Origin: Polyangiales bacterium
GTDB taxonomy: Bacteria; Myxococcota_A; Polyangia; Polyangiales; Ga0077539
Assembly (NCBI GenBank): GCA_044229975.1
Contig: JBGARZ010000005.1
Span: forward strand, 256,001-320,000
Length of the DNA stretch: 64,000 bases
Direction: 5' to 3'
The position numbers and the translations under genes were made by a program. The notes under the pieces were generated by a model. The model was not told where the DNA came from. It saw only the letters and a list, made by a program, of their open reading frames with translations, and did no database searches. Positions 1-10,640 of the stretch are shown piece after piece (the first letter of the stretch is position 1; every line of letters starts with the position of its first letter).

Positions 1-160
1 TGAGGCGCTCGCCGGAGAGGGCGTCGATGAAGTCGAAGACGTGCTCGGTGCCGAGGCTGGCGCGGAGGGTCTCCTCGACGGGCGCGACGGGTCGCGGCTG
101 CGGATCGCTCGCGGGGACGAGCTCGATGGCACAACGAAGCTGGGCGGCGAGGAGAAGCAT
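1..160 (-). CDS. hypothetical protein, N-terminal part (runs off window start)
   Basis: ATG at 160; open frame MLLLAAQLRCAIELVPASDPQPRPVAPVEETLRASLGTEHVFDFIDALSGERL to the window edge, with GC3-rich codons; divergent from the next gene. Confidence 0.45.
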   Translation of the reverse strand, partial: MLLLAAQLRCAIELVPASDPQPRPVAPVEETLRASLGTEHVFDFIDALSGERL

Positions 161-251
161 CGGGAAGGAGAGTCCGACGGTATCACCGTGCAGCCCTCGC
201 ATTGAACCCGTCGCCCCAACGGGTGTACTCGCGCGCTCACCAAACCCCACC

Positions 252-1928
252 ATGCTCAACGACCTCTTCGCCCCATGGCGCGACGCCTGGACGCTGCACC
301 TCGACGCCGACCTCGTCGTCGTCGACAAGCCCGTCGGCGTCTCCACCCACGCTCCCGACCCCGTGCGCCGCGACGACGCCGTCAGCCGCCTCAAGTCCTG
401 GCTCTCCGCCCGCGACGGCACCCCGGAGTCCGCCGTCTATCTCGGCGTCCATCAGCGGCTCGATCGCGACACGTCGGGCGTGCTGCTCTTCGCGCGCCGC
501 AAGGAGGCCAACAAGGCCGTCGCCGACGCCTTCGAATGGCGCTCGGCGAAGAAGCGCTACCTGGCCGTCGTCAGCCCCGCCCCGCGCATCGACAGCGGAA
601 CCCTCGATGACCTCCTCGCCCCCGCCGACGACGGGATGATGCAGGTGGTCACCGCCTCGCCCCGACGCCCCGCGCCCAAAAACGCCCAGCGCGCCATCAC
701 CCGCTGGTCCGTCGTCTCACGCCACGGGACGCGCGCCCTCGTCGCCCTCGAACCCGAGACCGGGCGCACCCATCAGCTCCGCGTTCAGCTCGCGGCGATG
801 GGAACGCCCATCGACGGCGACCCCCTCTACGGGAAGGTCGCCGCGCCTCGCCTCATGCTCCACGCGAGCTCACTCACGCTGCCGCATCCTTCCACCGGGC
901 GCCCTGTCACGTTCACGGCCGAGACCCCGAAGGAGCTGCTCGCCTGGGCGAAGGGCGAGCCCGACCCGCGCACGCTCGACGAGCGCCTGTGCGCCGCGGC
1001 CGACCAGCGCTGGGAGCTCGCGCGCGACCCCGACACCACCGCGTTTCGTCTCGCGCACGACGGCGACGGCTTCGCGGCGACGCCCGTCGACGTGTACGGC
1101 GACTGGGCGCTGGTCCACTGCTACGACGCGACGCTCGATGATGCGCTCGCGGGCGCGCTGCTCGTGGGCGGGCTGCGCGGCGTCTACGTGAAGCACCGCC
1201 CCAAGCAGGCCAACACCGCCGTCGACACGCGCAAGGAGTCGCTTGCGCCGAAGCACGCGGTGAGCGGCGAGGACGCGCCCGAGACGATGGAGGCGCGCGA
1301 GCACGGGCTGCGCTTCGAGGTGAAGCTCGGCGACGGTCTCTCGACCGGCATCTTCCTCGACCAGCGGGAGAACCGGCGACGCGTTCGTGAGCTCTCGGCG
1401 GGCAAGCGGGTGCTCAACCTGTTTGCGTACACGGGGGCGTTCAGCGTGGCGGCGGCGGCGGGCGGAGCGACGCACACGACGACGGTGGACGTGTCGGCCC
1501 CGGCCATCGCGTGGGCGCGCAAGAACCTCGCGCTCAACGGCGCGAGCGACGAGGCGCGGCACGTGTGCGTGGTGGCGGATGTCTTCCCGTGGATGGAGGC
1601 AGCGAAGGCGCGGAAGCAGGTGTTCGACCTGGTGCTGCTGGACCCGCCGAGCTACGCGACGACGCGCGACAGCCGGTTCTCGGCGGCGTCGGACTATCCC
1701 AAGCTCGCGGCGCTCGCGATGAAGCTCGTGGCGCCGGGCGGCAAGCTGCTGGCGTGCACCAACCACCATGACATCGCGCGGATGAAGTTCCGCCGGTGGA
1801 TGTACGAGGCGGCGCGGGCGGCGGGGCGCGAGGTGACGCAGGCGAAGGACCTCCCCGCCCCGAGCGACTTCCCCCCGGCACCGGGCGGGCACGTGCACCT
1901 GAAGTCGGTGCTGCTCACGCTGAAGTAG
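252..1928 (+). CDS. fusion of RluA-family pseudouridine synthase (N) and RlmI/RlmK-like SAM-dependent rRNA methyltransferase (C)
   Basis: RluA motifs VVDKP, HQRLDRDTSG (catalytic Asp), TGRTHQLR, GDPLYG, LHA; methyltransferase motifs TGIFLDQRENR, VLNLFAYTGAFS, LDPPSY. Start placed at ATG 252. Confidence 0.9.
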   Translation: MLNDLFAPWRDAWTLHLDADLVVVDKPVGVSTHAPDPVRRDDAVSRLKSWLSARDGTPESAVYLGVHQRLDRDTSGVLLFARRKEANKAVADAFEWRSAKKRYLAVVSPAPRIDSGTLDDLLAPADDGMMQVVTASPRRPAPKNAQRAITRWSVVSRHGTRALVALEPETGRTHQLRVQLAAMGTPIDGDPLYGKVAAPRLMLHASSLTLPHPSTGRPVTFTAETPKELLAWAKGEPDPRTLDERLCAAADQRWELARDPDTTAFRLAHDGDGFAATPVDVYGDWALVHCYDATLDDALAGALLVGGLRGVYVKHRPKQANTAVDTRKESLAPKHAVSGEDAPETMEAREHGLRFEVKLGDGLSTGIFLDQRENRRRVRELSAGKRVLNLFAYTGAFSVAAAAGGATHTTTVDVSAPAIAWARKNLALNGASDEARHVCVVADVFPWMEAAKARKQVFDLVLLDPPSYATTRDSRFSAASDYPKLAALAMKLVAPGGKLLACTNHHDIARMKFRRWMYEAARAAGREVTQAKDLPAPSDFPPAPGGHVHLKSVLLTLK

Positions 1929-2214
1929 CGGGGGTGTCGGCCCCGTGACGGAGCCTCCGGGTGCCGCTGGAGAGCTCCGACAATCGTCCTCCGTGGCCGT
2001 CGCCGCGTCTCGCGGCCCCCACGGGTCGACCGCGACGGCGATCCCTCGCGTCTCCCGCGATCGCCACGGCGATTCGACCACCCACCCGACACCACGCCGC
2101 CGTCAACGCGGCCGACCCGCCGCGGTGACACATCCTCGCGAAACCACGCGTCAAAAACATGACTCCTGTCGCTCGGTAGCCTCCCGTTCCAAGCTTCAGA
2201 CGAGGAACCCTCCC

Positions 2215-2568
2215 ATGCGCCCCACCGACCATCACGCCGACCCGATGGCCCACTACTCCGAGCTCGCCGTGCGCGACCCGGCTCACCTCGCAGCCTGCGT
2301 CCGAGATCGCACGCTCCCGCAGGCCCACCTTGCCGTCGCCGCCGCCTGCCTCGGCCGCGCGACCGACCATGCGCTGGTGCGCGGCGCGCTCCTCCCGCTG
2401 CTCAGCCACTCGGACGTCCACGTCCGCCTCGGGGCGCTCGACGGCCTCGCGCTCCACCTCGACGCCCGCGTACGCGCCTCGCTCCAGTGGCTGCTGCTGG
2501 AGGAGCCCGACGCCCTGGTCTCTTATCGCGCGAGGACGCTCCTCAGCGTCTCGCCGCTCGCCGCCTGA
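2215..2568 (+). CDS. small helical HEAT-repeat-like hypothetical protein
   Basis: GAGGA before ATG 2215; LLPLLSHSDVHVRLGALDGLA and EPDALVSYRARTLL resemble HEAT/PBS units. Confidence 0.55.
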   Translation: MRPTDHHADPMAHYSELAVRDPAHLAACVRDRTLPQAHLAVAAACLGRATDHALVRGALLPLLSHSDVHVRLGALDGLALHLDARVRASLQWLLLEEPDALVSYRARTLLSVSPLAA

Positions 2569-2579
2569 CGCTCCGCCGC

Positions 2580-2769
2580 CACTCCGTTAGTCGATCGAAC
2601 GCGCTCCCACCGCTCGCCTGGTCACTCCCGAAGTCGATCTTCCCGACCTCGGCCCCTCATCCGGTCACTTCCGAAGTCGATTTCCCCGACCTCGACCCCT
2701 CCAACACACACTTCCGAAGTCGGTTTCCCCGGCCCCGAACGTCTCGAAACCACTCCCGGAGTGATTCGG
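2580..2769 (+). repeat. degenerate tandem array, 43-bp period, core CACTYCCGAAGTCG
   Basis: Units start at 2580, 2623, 2666, 2709, 2751 (spacings 43, 43, 43, 42); intergenic. Confidence 0.85.
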
Positions 2770-2837
2770 AACGAATTCGACCGTCGACCCGAAACCCCCG
2801 CGATCGGCGTCCCGATACGCGACCGGAGGTTGCAAAC

Positions 2838-3656
2838 ATGTCCAACTCAATCGTTTCCAAGTCGTCCGTCACCAACAACCTGTCCGTGTCCGCCACGGAC
2901 CAGCTCCCCGACGCCGAGGTCGGAGACCACAACGACGTCGCACGGCACAAGACCGCCGCGGGCTTCGTCCCGCTCGCGGAGGTGCGCCGGTGCAACGCCG
3001 ACATGCGGCTCGCGGTGTTCAACGCAACCGCGGCCCGCGCCGCGCTCCTCGCCAATCGCCCTGCCATCGAGGCGAGCGGCGTCCACTTCGACTGGACCAT
3101 CCTCGACACCCTGAACTCCCTCGGCCGCGCCGTTACGTTCATGGTGCGCCAGGTGGTCCCGGGCGAGACCAGCGACGTCAACGCGCTGCTCAAGGCCGGC
3201 CGCCCGTTGCGCCGCCTGCTCCTCGCCAACGCCCGCTTCCAGGTCATCGCCGAGCGCTGCCCCGCCGCCGCGCTGACCAACATCGCCCGCAAGCGCGGTC
3301 CCCTCGGCATCGCCGACGACCTCGTCAACCTCGCGTTCGTCCACACCCAGCACGGACTCGTCGAGGGACCCTCCATCACCCCCGAGAAGATCGCCCTCGC
3401 CAAGTCCATCGGCACCGAGCTGCGCGACAAGGTCCGCCCCACGGGAGAGACGCGTGCCGCGCCGCCCACGAGCGCCCAGCGCTACGCCACCAACCTGCGC
3501 GACCGCCTCTGGACGGTCTTCCTCCAGCGCTACCAGGCCATGGAGCGCGCGGGCGGAGCCATCTGGGGCGCCGAGCTGCGGAAGCGTGTGCCCTCCGTCC
3601 ACGCGCGCTTCGTCACGAAGAAGCCGACGAAGAAGCCAGGAGCCCCAACCGGCTGA
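2838..3656 (+). CDS. hypothetical protein (predicted helical, basic C-terminal tail)
   Basis: Strong SD GGAGGT (2825-2830) before ATG 2838; typical codon bias; no recognised catalytic motif. Confidence 0.8.
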   Translation: MSNSIVSKSSVTNNLSVSATDQLPDAEVGDHNDVARHKTAAGFVPLAEVRRCNADMRLAVFNATAARAALLANRPAIEASGVHFDWTILDTLNSLGRAVTFMVRQVVPGETSDVNALLKAGRPLRRLLLANARFQVIAERCPAAALTNIARKRGPLGIADDLVNLAFVHTQHGLVEGPSITPEKIALAKSIGTELRDKVRPTGETRAAPPTSAQRYATNLRDRLWTVFLQRYQAMERAGGAIWGAELRKRVPSVHARFVTKKPTKKPGAPTG

Positions 3657-3663
3657 CCGTCGC

Positions 3664-4266
3664 CTACGCCTCGCGCTCTTCCCTTGCGCTGAGGCACCCC
3701 TCGCTCCCCGCCGGAAACACCCGGCAGTTGTCCGGCCTCAGCTCGTAGATCCCGCAGTCGTTGCCGCGCAGGTGCACGCAGTCCCCGCCGCGCAGCACCC
3801 GCAGCACCCGCCGACCGCGCGACACCCGGACGAACCCCTCCCCCGACAGCTCCGCCCGCCCCTCCTCCGCCCAGCGCGCCTCGTCCTCCTCCTCCAGCTC
3901 CACGCGGTTCTTCCGGCAGCACATCGCGCACGCGCGGCAGTCGAGCGCCTCGGCCACCATCGCGCCAGGGTGCTCACCGTCGCGCTCGCACCACTCAGCC
4001 ACCTGCTCGCACAGCCGCTTGGGGAGCTTCACCGCCGCGAGCCCCGCCGCCTCGCCCGCCTCCACCTCGTCGAAGCCGCCCACTCCCAGGTCGAGCAGCG
4101 CCCACGCCGTCAGCTCGGGGATCATCCCCTCGTCACACGGCAGCAGCAGCCGCCACCGCGGCTCGCTGCGAATCACCGCGTGACCGCCGTCGCGCACGTG
4201 CGCCACCGCGTTGGCCTCGTACTTCGGGTCGTAGGTTCGCCACACGGGCCGCCACACGTCGCTCAT
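3664..4266 (-). CDS. YkgJ-family CxxCxxCC cysteine-cluster protein with N-terminal extension
   Basis: CRACAMCC ... CVHL ... CGIYELRPDNCRVFP. Confidence 0.85.
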   Translation of the reverse strand: MSDVWRPVWRTYDPKYEANAVAHVRDGGHAVIRSEPRWRLLLPCDEGMIPELTAWALLDLGVGGFDEVEAGEAAGLAAVKLPKRLCEQVAEWCERDGEHPGAMVAEALDCRACAMCCRKNRVELEEEDEARWAEEGRAELSGEGFVRVSRGRRVLRVLRGGDCVHLRGNDCGIYELRPDNCRVFPAGSEGCLSAREEREA

Positions 4267-4337
4267 CGCGCCCACCCCTTACACCGACGAGCGCGCCCTT
4301 GACGACCCGCACGCGCGCACCCGATGGTCCCGCGCCT

Positions 4338-5366
4338 ATGCACGACCGCTTCCTCCGCGCCTGCCGCCGCGAGCCCGTCGACCGAACGCCCGTGTGGTTC
4401 ATGCGCCAGGCCGGCCGCTACATGGCCGAGTACCGCGCGCTTCGCACGAAGCACACGCTGCTCGACATCTGCCGCACCCCCGAGCTCGCGCTGGAGGTCA
4501 CCCTCCAACCGCTGCGCCGCTTCTCCTTCGACGCCGCCATCCTCTTCGCGGACATCCTCCTGCCGCTCGCCCCGATGGGCGCGTCGTTCGAGTTCGCGAA
4601 GGGCGAAGGCCCCGTCATCCACGAGCCCATCCGAACGCGCGCCCAGATCGACGCGCTGCGCGTCATCGACCCCGCCGAAGACCTCGGCTACGTGCTCGAA
4701 GCGGTGCGCCTCATCCGCCGCGAGCTCGACGGCAAGACGCCGCTCATCGGCTTCGCGGGCGCGCCCTTCACGCTCGCGAGCTACCTCATCGAGGGCGGCC
4801 GCTCGTCGCACTTCGCCCTCACCAAGACCCTCATGTACCAGGACCCCGACTCCTGGAACGCCCTCATGACCACCCTCTCCGCCGTCGTCCTGCGCCTCTT
4901 GAACGCGCAGATCGACGCGGGCGCCCAGGCCGTCCAGCTCTTCGACTCCTGGGTCGGCCAGCTCTCCCCCGACGACTACGCCACCTACGTCGCGCCGCAC
5001 GTCCACGGCATCCTCCAACCGCTCATGACCCGCGGCGTCCCGGTGCTCCACTTCGGCACCGGCACCGCCACGCTCCTCGAAGCCCAGCGCGACGCCGGCG
5101 GAACCGTCATCGGCGTCGACTGGCGCACCCCCCTGGACGACGCGTGGCGCCGCCTGGGCGATGGCGTCGCGGTGCAGGGCAACCTCGACCCGACGCTGCT
5201 CCTCGCGCCGAAGGACGTGCTCCTCGCCGCCGCGGGCCGTGTGCTCGACCGCGCCGCCAACCGCAACGGCCACGTCTTCAACCTCGGCCACGGCATCCTC
5301 CCGGAGACGCCCCCCGACCACGTCGCGGCGGTGGTCGACTTCGTGCACTCGCGCTCGGAGCGATGA
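4338..5366 (+). CDS. hemE: uroporphyrinogen decarboxylase
   Basis: PVWFMRQAGRY, DAAILFADIL, GFAGAPFTLASY, QLFDSW, FNLGHGI. Confidence 0.97.
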   Translation: MHDRFLRACRREPVDRTPVWFMRQAGRYMAEYRALRTKHTLLDICRTPELALEVTLQPLRRFSFDAAILFADILLPLAPMGASFEFAKGEGPVIHEPIRTRAQIDALRVIDPAEDLGYVLEAVRLIRRELDGKTPLIGFAGAPFTLASYLIEGGRSSHFALTKTLMYQDPDSWNALMTTLSAVVLRLLNAQIDAGAQAVQLFDSWVGQLSPDDYATYVAPHVHGILQPLMTRGVPVLHFGTGTATLLEAQRDAGGTVIGVDWRTPLDDAWRRLGDGVAVQGNLDPTLLLAPKDVLLAAAGRVLDRAANRNGHVFNLGHGILPETPPDHVAAVVDFVHSRSER

Positions 5367-6778
5367 CCCACCACACACTCGTCGTCGGCGGCGGCGTCTC
5401 TGGCCTCGTCACGGCATGGTCGCTCCTCCGACGCGCCCGCGAGCTCGGCCTCGACGCCGCCGTCACGGTGCTCGAAGCCTCCCACCGCACCGGCGGCAAC
5501 CTCGTCACCGACCGCGTCGACGGCTTCGTCATCGACGGCGGCCCCGACTCCTGGATCGCCTCCAAGCCCGCCGCCTCCGCCCTCTGCCGCGACCTCGGCC
5601 TCGGCGACGAGCTCATCGAGACCGTCGCCGCCAACCGGCGCATCTATGTCGCCCACGGCGCAGCGCTTGCGCCGATGCCCGAGGGCGTGGTGCTCGGCGT
5701 CCCCACGCGGCTGCGCCCGATGCTGGGGAGCCCGCTGCTGCCGTGGCGCGCCAAGGCCCGCCTCGTGCTCGACCGCGCGCTGCCGTTCAGCGCCCGCCAT
5801 GGCGACGACGACGAGGCCCTCGGCGCCATGGTCGCCCGCCACCTCGGGCGCGACGTGGTCTCGGCCTTCACCGAGCCGCTCCTCGCGGGCATCTATGCGG
5901 GCGACGCGTGGAGCCTGTCCGCGCGCTCGACCTTCCCCGCCCTCGTCGACGCCGCCCGCCGCGGCGGATCGCTCATGGTCAACGCCCGCGCCGCCGTCCC
6001 GAAGCGCTTCCCGGGCGCGGCACCGGCGTCGATGTTCACCTCGCTGCGCGGCGGCGTCGGAACCCTCATCGACGCCCTCGCCAACGCGCTACCGCCCGCG
6101 ACGGTTCGCACCGGCACGGCCGCGCGCTCGGTCGCTCGCGAGGGCGCGCGCTACGTGGTGACCACCGCCACGGGCGAGTCCATCGCGGCGGATGCGGTGG
6201 TGCTCGCGATGCCCATGCAGCGCTCGGCGGCGCTGGTGCGCGGGCTCGACGAGACGCTCGCGGCCCGGCTCGACGCGCTGGGGTGGTCGTCGGTGGCGAC
6301 GGTGTTCTTTGCCTTCCCGAAGGCGGCGATCGGGCGAGCGCTCGATGCGACGGGCTTCGTGGTTCCGAAGCGCGAGGGCCGGCGCATCCTCGCGTCGACC
6401 TGGGTCTCCAGCAAGTGGCCGGGGCGAGCGCCCGACGACACCGTGCTGCTGCGGGTGTTTCTCGGAGGACTCGGTCACGAAGACCGCGCGTCGCTGCCCG
6501 AGGACGAGCTCGTCGCGATGGCGCGCGAAGAGCTGTCGGCGTTGGTGGCGGTGCGCGGCGAGGCGCTGTGGACGCGGGTGTATCGCTTCCTCGGAACATC
6601 CCCGCAGCCCACGGTGGGACACGCCGCGCGGGTGGGTGTCATCCGCGAAGCGCTGAAGAATCATCCGGGGCTGATGACGATTGGGGCGGGGTTCGAGGGC
6701 GTCGGCATCCCGGATGTGGTAGCCCTCGCGCGCCGCACCGGTGAGCGCATCGCCGAGGAGGCCCCGCTGAGGGCCTAA
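5363..6778 (+). CDS. hemY: flavin-dependent proto/coproporphyrinogen oxidase (HemY-type; often labelled hemG)
   Basis: GGGVSGL dinucleotide fold, GPDSW, EPLLAGIYAGD, SSKWPGRAP, GVGIPD; ATGA overlap with hemE. Confidence 0.92.
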   Translation: MTHHTLVVGGGVSGLVTAWSLLRRARELGLDAAVTVLEASHRTGGNLVTDRVDGFVIDGGPDSWIASKPAASALCRDLGLGDELIETVAANRRIYVAHGAALAPMPEGVVLGVPTRLRPMLGSPLLPWRAKARLVLDRALPFSARHGDDDEALGAMVARHLGRDVVSAFTEPLLAGIYAGDAWSLSARSTFPALVDAARRGGSLMVNARAAVPKRFPGAAPASMFTSLRGGVGTLIDALANALPPATVRTGTAARSVAREGARYVVTTATGESIAADAVVLAMPMQRSAALVRGLDETLAARLDALGWSSVATVFFAFPKAAIGRALDATGFVVPKREGRRILASTWVSSKWPGRAPDDTVLLRVFLGGLGHEDRASLPEDELVAMAREELSALVAVRGEALWTRVYRFLGTSPQPTVGHAARVGVIREALKNHPGLMTIGAGFEGVGIPDVVALARRTGERIAEEAPLRA

Positions 6779-6876
6779 ACCCCGCTGCATCACAGCAGTC
6801 CTCGTCGCCACCGCTCCTCTCAAAAGCACAGCTCTCACGGTTTCGCGCGGCGTTCCCCGTACGCTCGGAGTTCTTC

Positions 6877-8199
<1,323 letters not shown>

Positions 8200-8211
8200 G
8201 CAGCACACCAG

Positions 8212-8250
8212 GCCCGGCTGCCGTGGGTTTTCAACCCGCGGTAGCCGGGC
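8212..8250. terminator. 18-bp hairpin between convergent genes (terminator or REP-like)
   Basis: GCCCGGCTGCCGTGGGTT-TTC-AACCCGCGGTAGCCGGGC; fully paired on the + strand RNA with two G.U pairs; overlaps the MFS stop codon. Confidence 0.6.
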
Positions 8251-9427
8251 GCGATGCCGCCGGATCATCCTTCGCGAACACCGTCGCGAACACCGCGAAC
8301 GCCACCCACATCACCGCGAGGTGCGCGAGCATCCCGGCCCCGCCGGAGCGCACGAAGAGCTCGCCCGACAACGGCGGTCCCAGCAGCATGCCCGCGGCGT
8401 AGAAGGTGTTGTAGATCGCGTTGGAGCGGGAGTAGTTCCACGGCTCGGTGACGACCCCCTGGAGGGCGAGGCTCACCGGCGAGATGGACGCCAACGTCGC
8501 GCCCGCGACAAAGACCGCCCCGGCCATGAACGCGAAGCGATCGAGCAGCACGAACGACGCCGTCATGGCGGCGCCGATGATGGCCAGCACGCGCATCACC
8601 TTGAGGTGCCCGTACCGATCACCGAGCCGCCCCGACACGTTGGAGAACAACAACATCCCCGCCGCGAAGAACGCCGTCACCAGGATGGTCTGCTCCCTCG
8701 GGATACCCTTCGACTCCACGAGAAACAGCGGGAGAAACAGCACCACCGACGCTTGGAAGTACCCGTAGGCGAAGGTGCCGAAGCACGACGTCTTGATGCG
8801 CCAGAGCAACGTTCGCGCGGGCACCATCGGTCCGTCCGCGGCGGTGTCGTGGCCGTGGGTCTCGGGCACGTCGGCGTCGAGCCGCGCGGCCACCAGCGAC
8901 GCCGCCGCCACCGAGAGCGCGCCCGCCACCATGAACGCCGTCGACCGCGGCGCAAACATCACCACGGCGCGCGCGACGAGCGGACCCACCACGTACCCGA
9001 GAGCGACGGCGACGGCGTACAGGCTCGTCACGTAGGCCTTGTGTTCGGTGCGTGAGCGCGACAGCAGGATGGTCTCGCTGCTCACCCACACGCCCACGGA
9101 AAACGCCCCGTCGAAGACGCGCGCCGCCGCGATGGCGTCGTAGGAGTGGAGGTGCGGGAAGAGCGCGACGCACACGGCGTATCCGAGCAGCGATGCGACG
9201 AGCACGGCGCGCGCGGAGAAGCGCCGGATGAGCGCGCCCATCGGCAGCGACAGCATCACGATGCCGAGCGCGAACCACGACGCGAGGGTTCCGATGTCGT
9301 GCTTGGTGAAGTGCGCGGCGTCGAGGTGGAGCGAGGCCAGCGCGATGGACACGCCATAGCCCGAGGCCAGGAGCAGCGTCGCGCCGTAGATGACGAGGAT
9401 GTTGCGGTCGCCGATGCGTTCGATCAC
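8231..9427 (-). CDS. MFS transporter
   Basis: About 12 hydrophobic segments; motif-A-like GALIRRFSAR and GRLGDRYGH. Start GTG 9427 or 9436. Confidence 0.9.
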   Translation of the reverse strand: MIERIGDRNILVIYGATLLLASGYGVSIALASLHLDAAHFTKHDIGTLASWFALGIVMLSLPMGALIRRFSARAVLVASLLGYAVCVALFPHLHSYDAIAAARVFDGAFSVGVWVSSETILLSRSRTEHKAYVTSLYAVAVALGYVVGPLVARAVVMFAPRSTAFMVAGALSVAAASLVAARLDADVPETHGHDTAADGPMVPARTLLWRIKTSCFGTFAYGYFQASVVLFLPLFLVESKGIPREQTILVTAFFAAGMLLFSNVSGRLGDRYGHLKVMRVLAIIGAAMTASFVLLDRFAFMAGAVFVAGATLASISPVSLALQGVVTEPWNYSRSNAIYNTFYAAGMLLGPPLSGELFVRSGGAGMLAHLAVMWVAFAVFATVFAKDDPAASRPATAG

Positions 9428-9470
9428 GGCGCGCACCGTAGCGGGGTGGGGCGGCTGGGTGGGCGCGAAT

Positions 9471-10514
9471 CTACGGGCAGGCGGCGGGGCGCACCTCGTA
9501 GCGGACGTCGGCCCCGGTGAGGCCCGTCACGCGGACGGCGTAGCGCGACCCGGCGACGATCTCGGGCATGCTCCACGACACCGTGGGGTCGCCATAGTTG
9601 CCGGTTCGCATCACGGTCATGACCGACAGCGCGGCGCCATCGCGGGTGACCTCGACGCGGGTGCCGGCGCCCACGCCGAGCGACGCCGACGAGAACGACC
9701 AGATGCGGGTCATCGCGCCCATCGGGGTCGCGCCCGCGTTGGGCCACGCGACGAAGGAGCCCACGCGGGGGTTGGCGGTCGCGCCGAGGATGTGGAGGCA
9801 CGCGTAGCCCGCGCTCTGCCCGTAGCCAACGGCGCTGAGCGGCGGAAAGAGCATCCAGCGGCGGTGGCCGAGGGTGTTGCTGAGGTCGCGGCTGTCGTCG
9901 ATCCAGCCGTCGATGGCGGTGCGCACGGTCATCGGGAAGCCGCGCGCGCCGGTGATGTTGCTGCTCGATGTTCCCTGGTAGCCGAGCGACGACCAGCAGG
10001 TCCAGGTCATCGGGGGCGTGTGGTTGAGCTGCCCGTTGCGCTCGACGAGCACGGCGCACGCCTGGGCGGCGGCGGTCTGCGTGGCGTCGTCGCGCACCGG
10101 GGCGAGGCCCGCGAGCCAGCGGTAGGTGTTGGTCAACCGAACGGCCGCGGCACGCGTCGCGGCTGGGAGCGCACCGGGCTCGCACATGGACGCGCCGGGT
10201 GTCCACGCGGCGAGGGAGGCGAGGTCGGCGGTGTCGGCGTTCCATCGGGCGCAGACGGCGGCCTCGTCGCGCGCGGCGGGGTCGACGTCGACGGCGGGCC
10301 GAGCGTCGACGGCGACGACATCGAGCCGCCCGGCATCGACGAGGGTGACGTCATCGAGGAGGGTGACGTCGGGTGTGGAGTCAGCGCCCGCGTCGACGGT
10401 GACGGGCGCCGTCGGGGTGTCGTCTTGAAACCAGGCGAGGCACCCGGTGACTCCAAAGGCCGTGAGGGCGAGAACGCAACGAACAGAGTCCAGGTTGAGC
10501 AAGGTGGCGTCCAC
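9471..10514 (-). CDS. CAP (SCP-like) domain lipoprotein
   Basis: Lipobox-like VTGC, Asp-rich linker, TNTYRWLAGL, LNHTPP, LGHRRWML; start uncertain. Confidence 0.8.
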   Translation of the reverse strand: MDATLLNLDSVRCVLALTAFGVTGCLAWFQDDTPTAPVTVDAGADSTPDVTLLDDVTLVDAGRLDVVAVDARPAVDVDPAARDEAAVCARWNADTADLASLAAWTPGASMCEPGALPAATRAAAVRLTNTYRWLAGLAPVRDDATQTAAAQACAVLVERNGQLNHTPPMTWTCWSSLGYQGTSSSNITGARGFPMTVRTAIDGWIDDSRDLSNTLGHRRWMLFPPLSAVGYGQSAGYACLHILGATANPRVGSFVAWPNAGATPMGAMTRIWSFSSASLGVGAGTRVEVTRDGAALSVMTVMRTGNYGDPTVSWSMPEIVAGSRYAVRVTGLTGADVRYEVRPAACP

Positions 10515-10640
10515 GGGGGGTGCACGGCTCCTTCGGGTCGACGAACGGCCCGACGTCGGGTGCGGAGGTCTTACGCGTGAAGGGTGGTTGCCCTGGACGC
10601 GTCGGCCGTTCACCGCTAACCCCCTCCGACCAACGAAGCC

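Noticed and set aside
1929..2200. Structured ncRNA after the RluA fusion
   Set aside because: Short GC-only stems without a recognisable family motif or U-tract; not distinguishable from background.
2580..2769. CRISPR array
   Set aside because: Repeats are degenerate, the variable parts are only about 15 nt and partly similar to each other, and there are no cas genes in the window. Kept as a tandem array.
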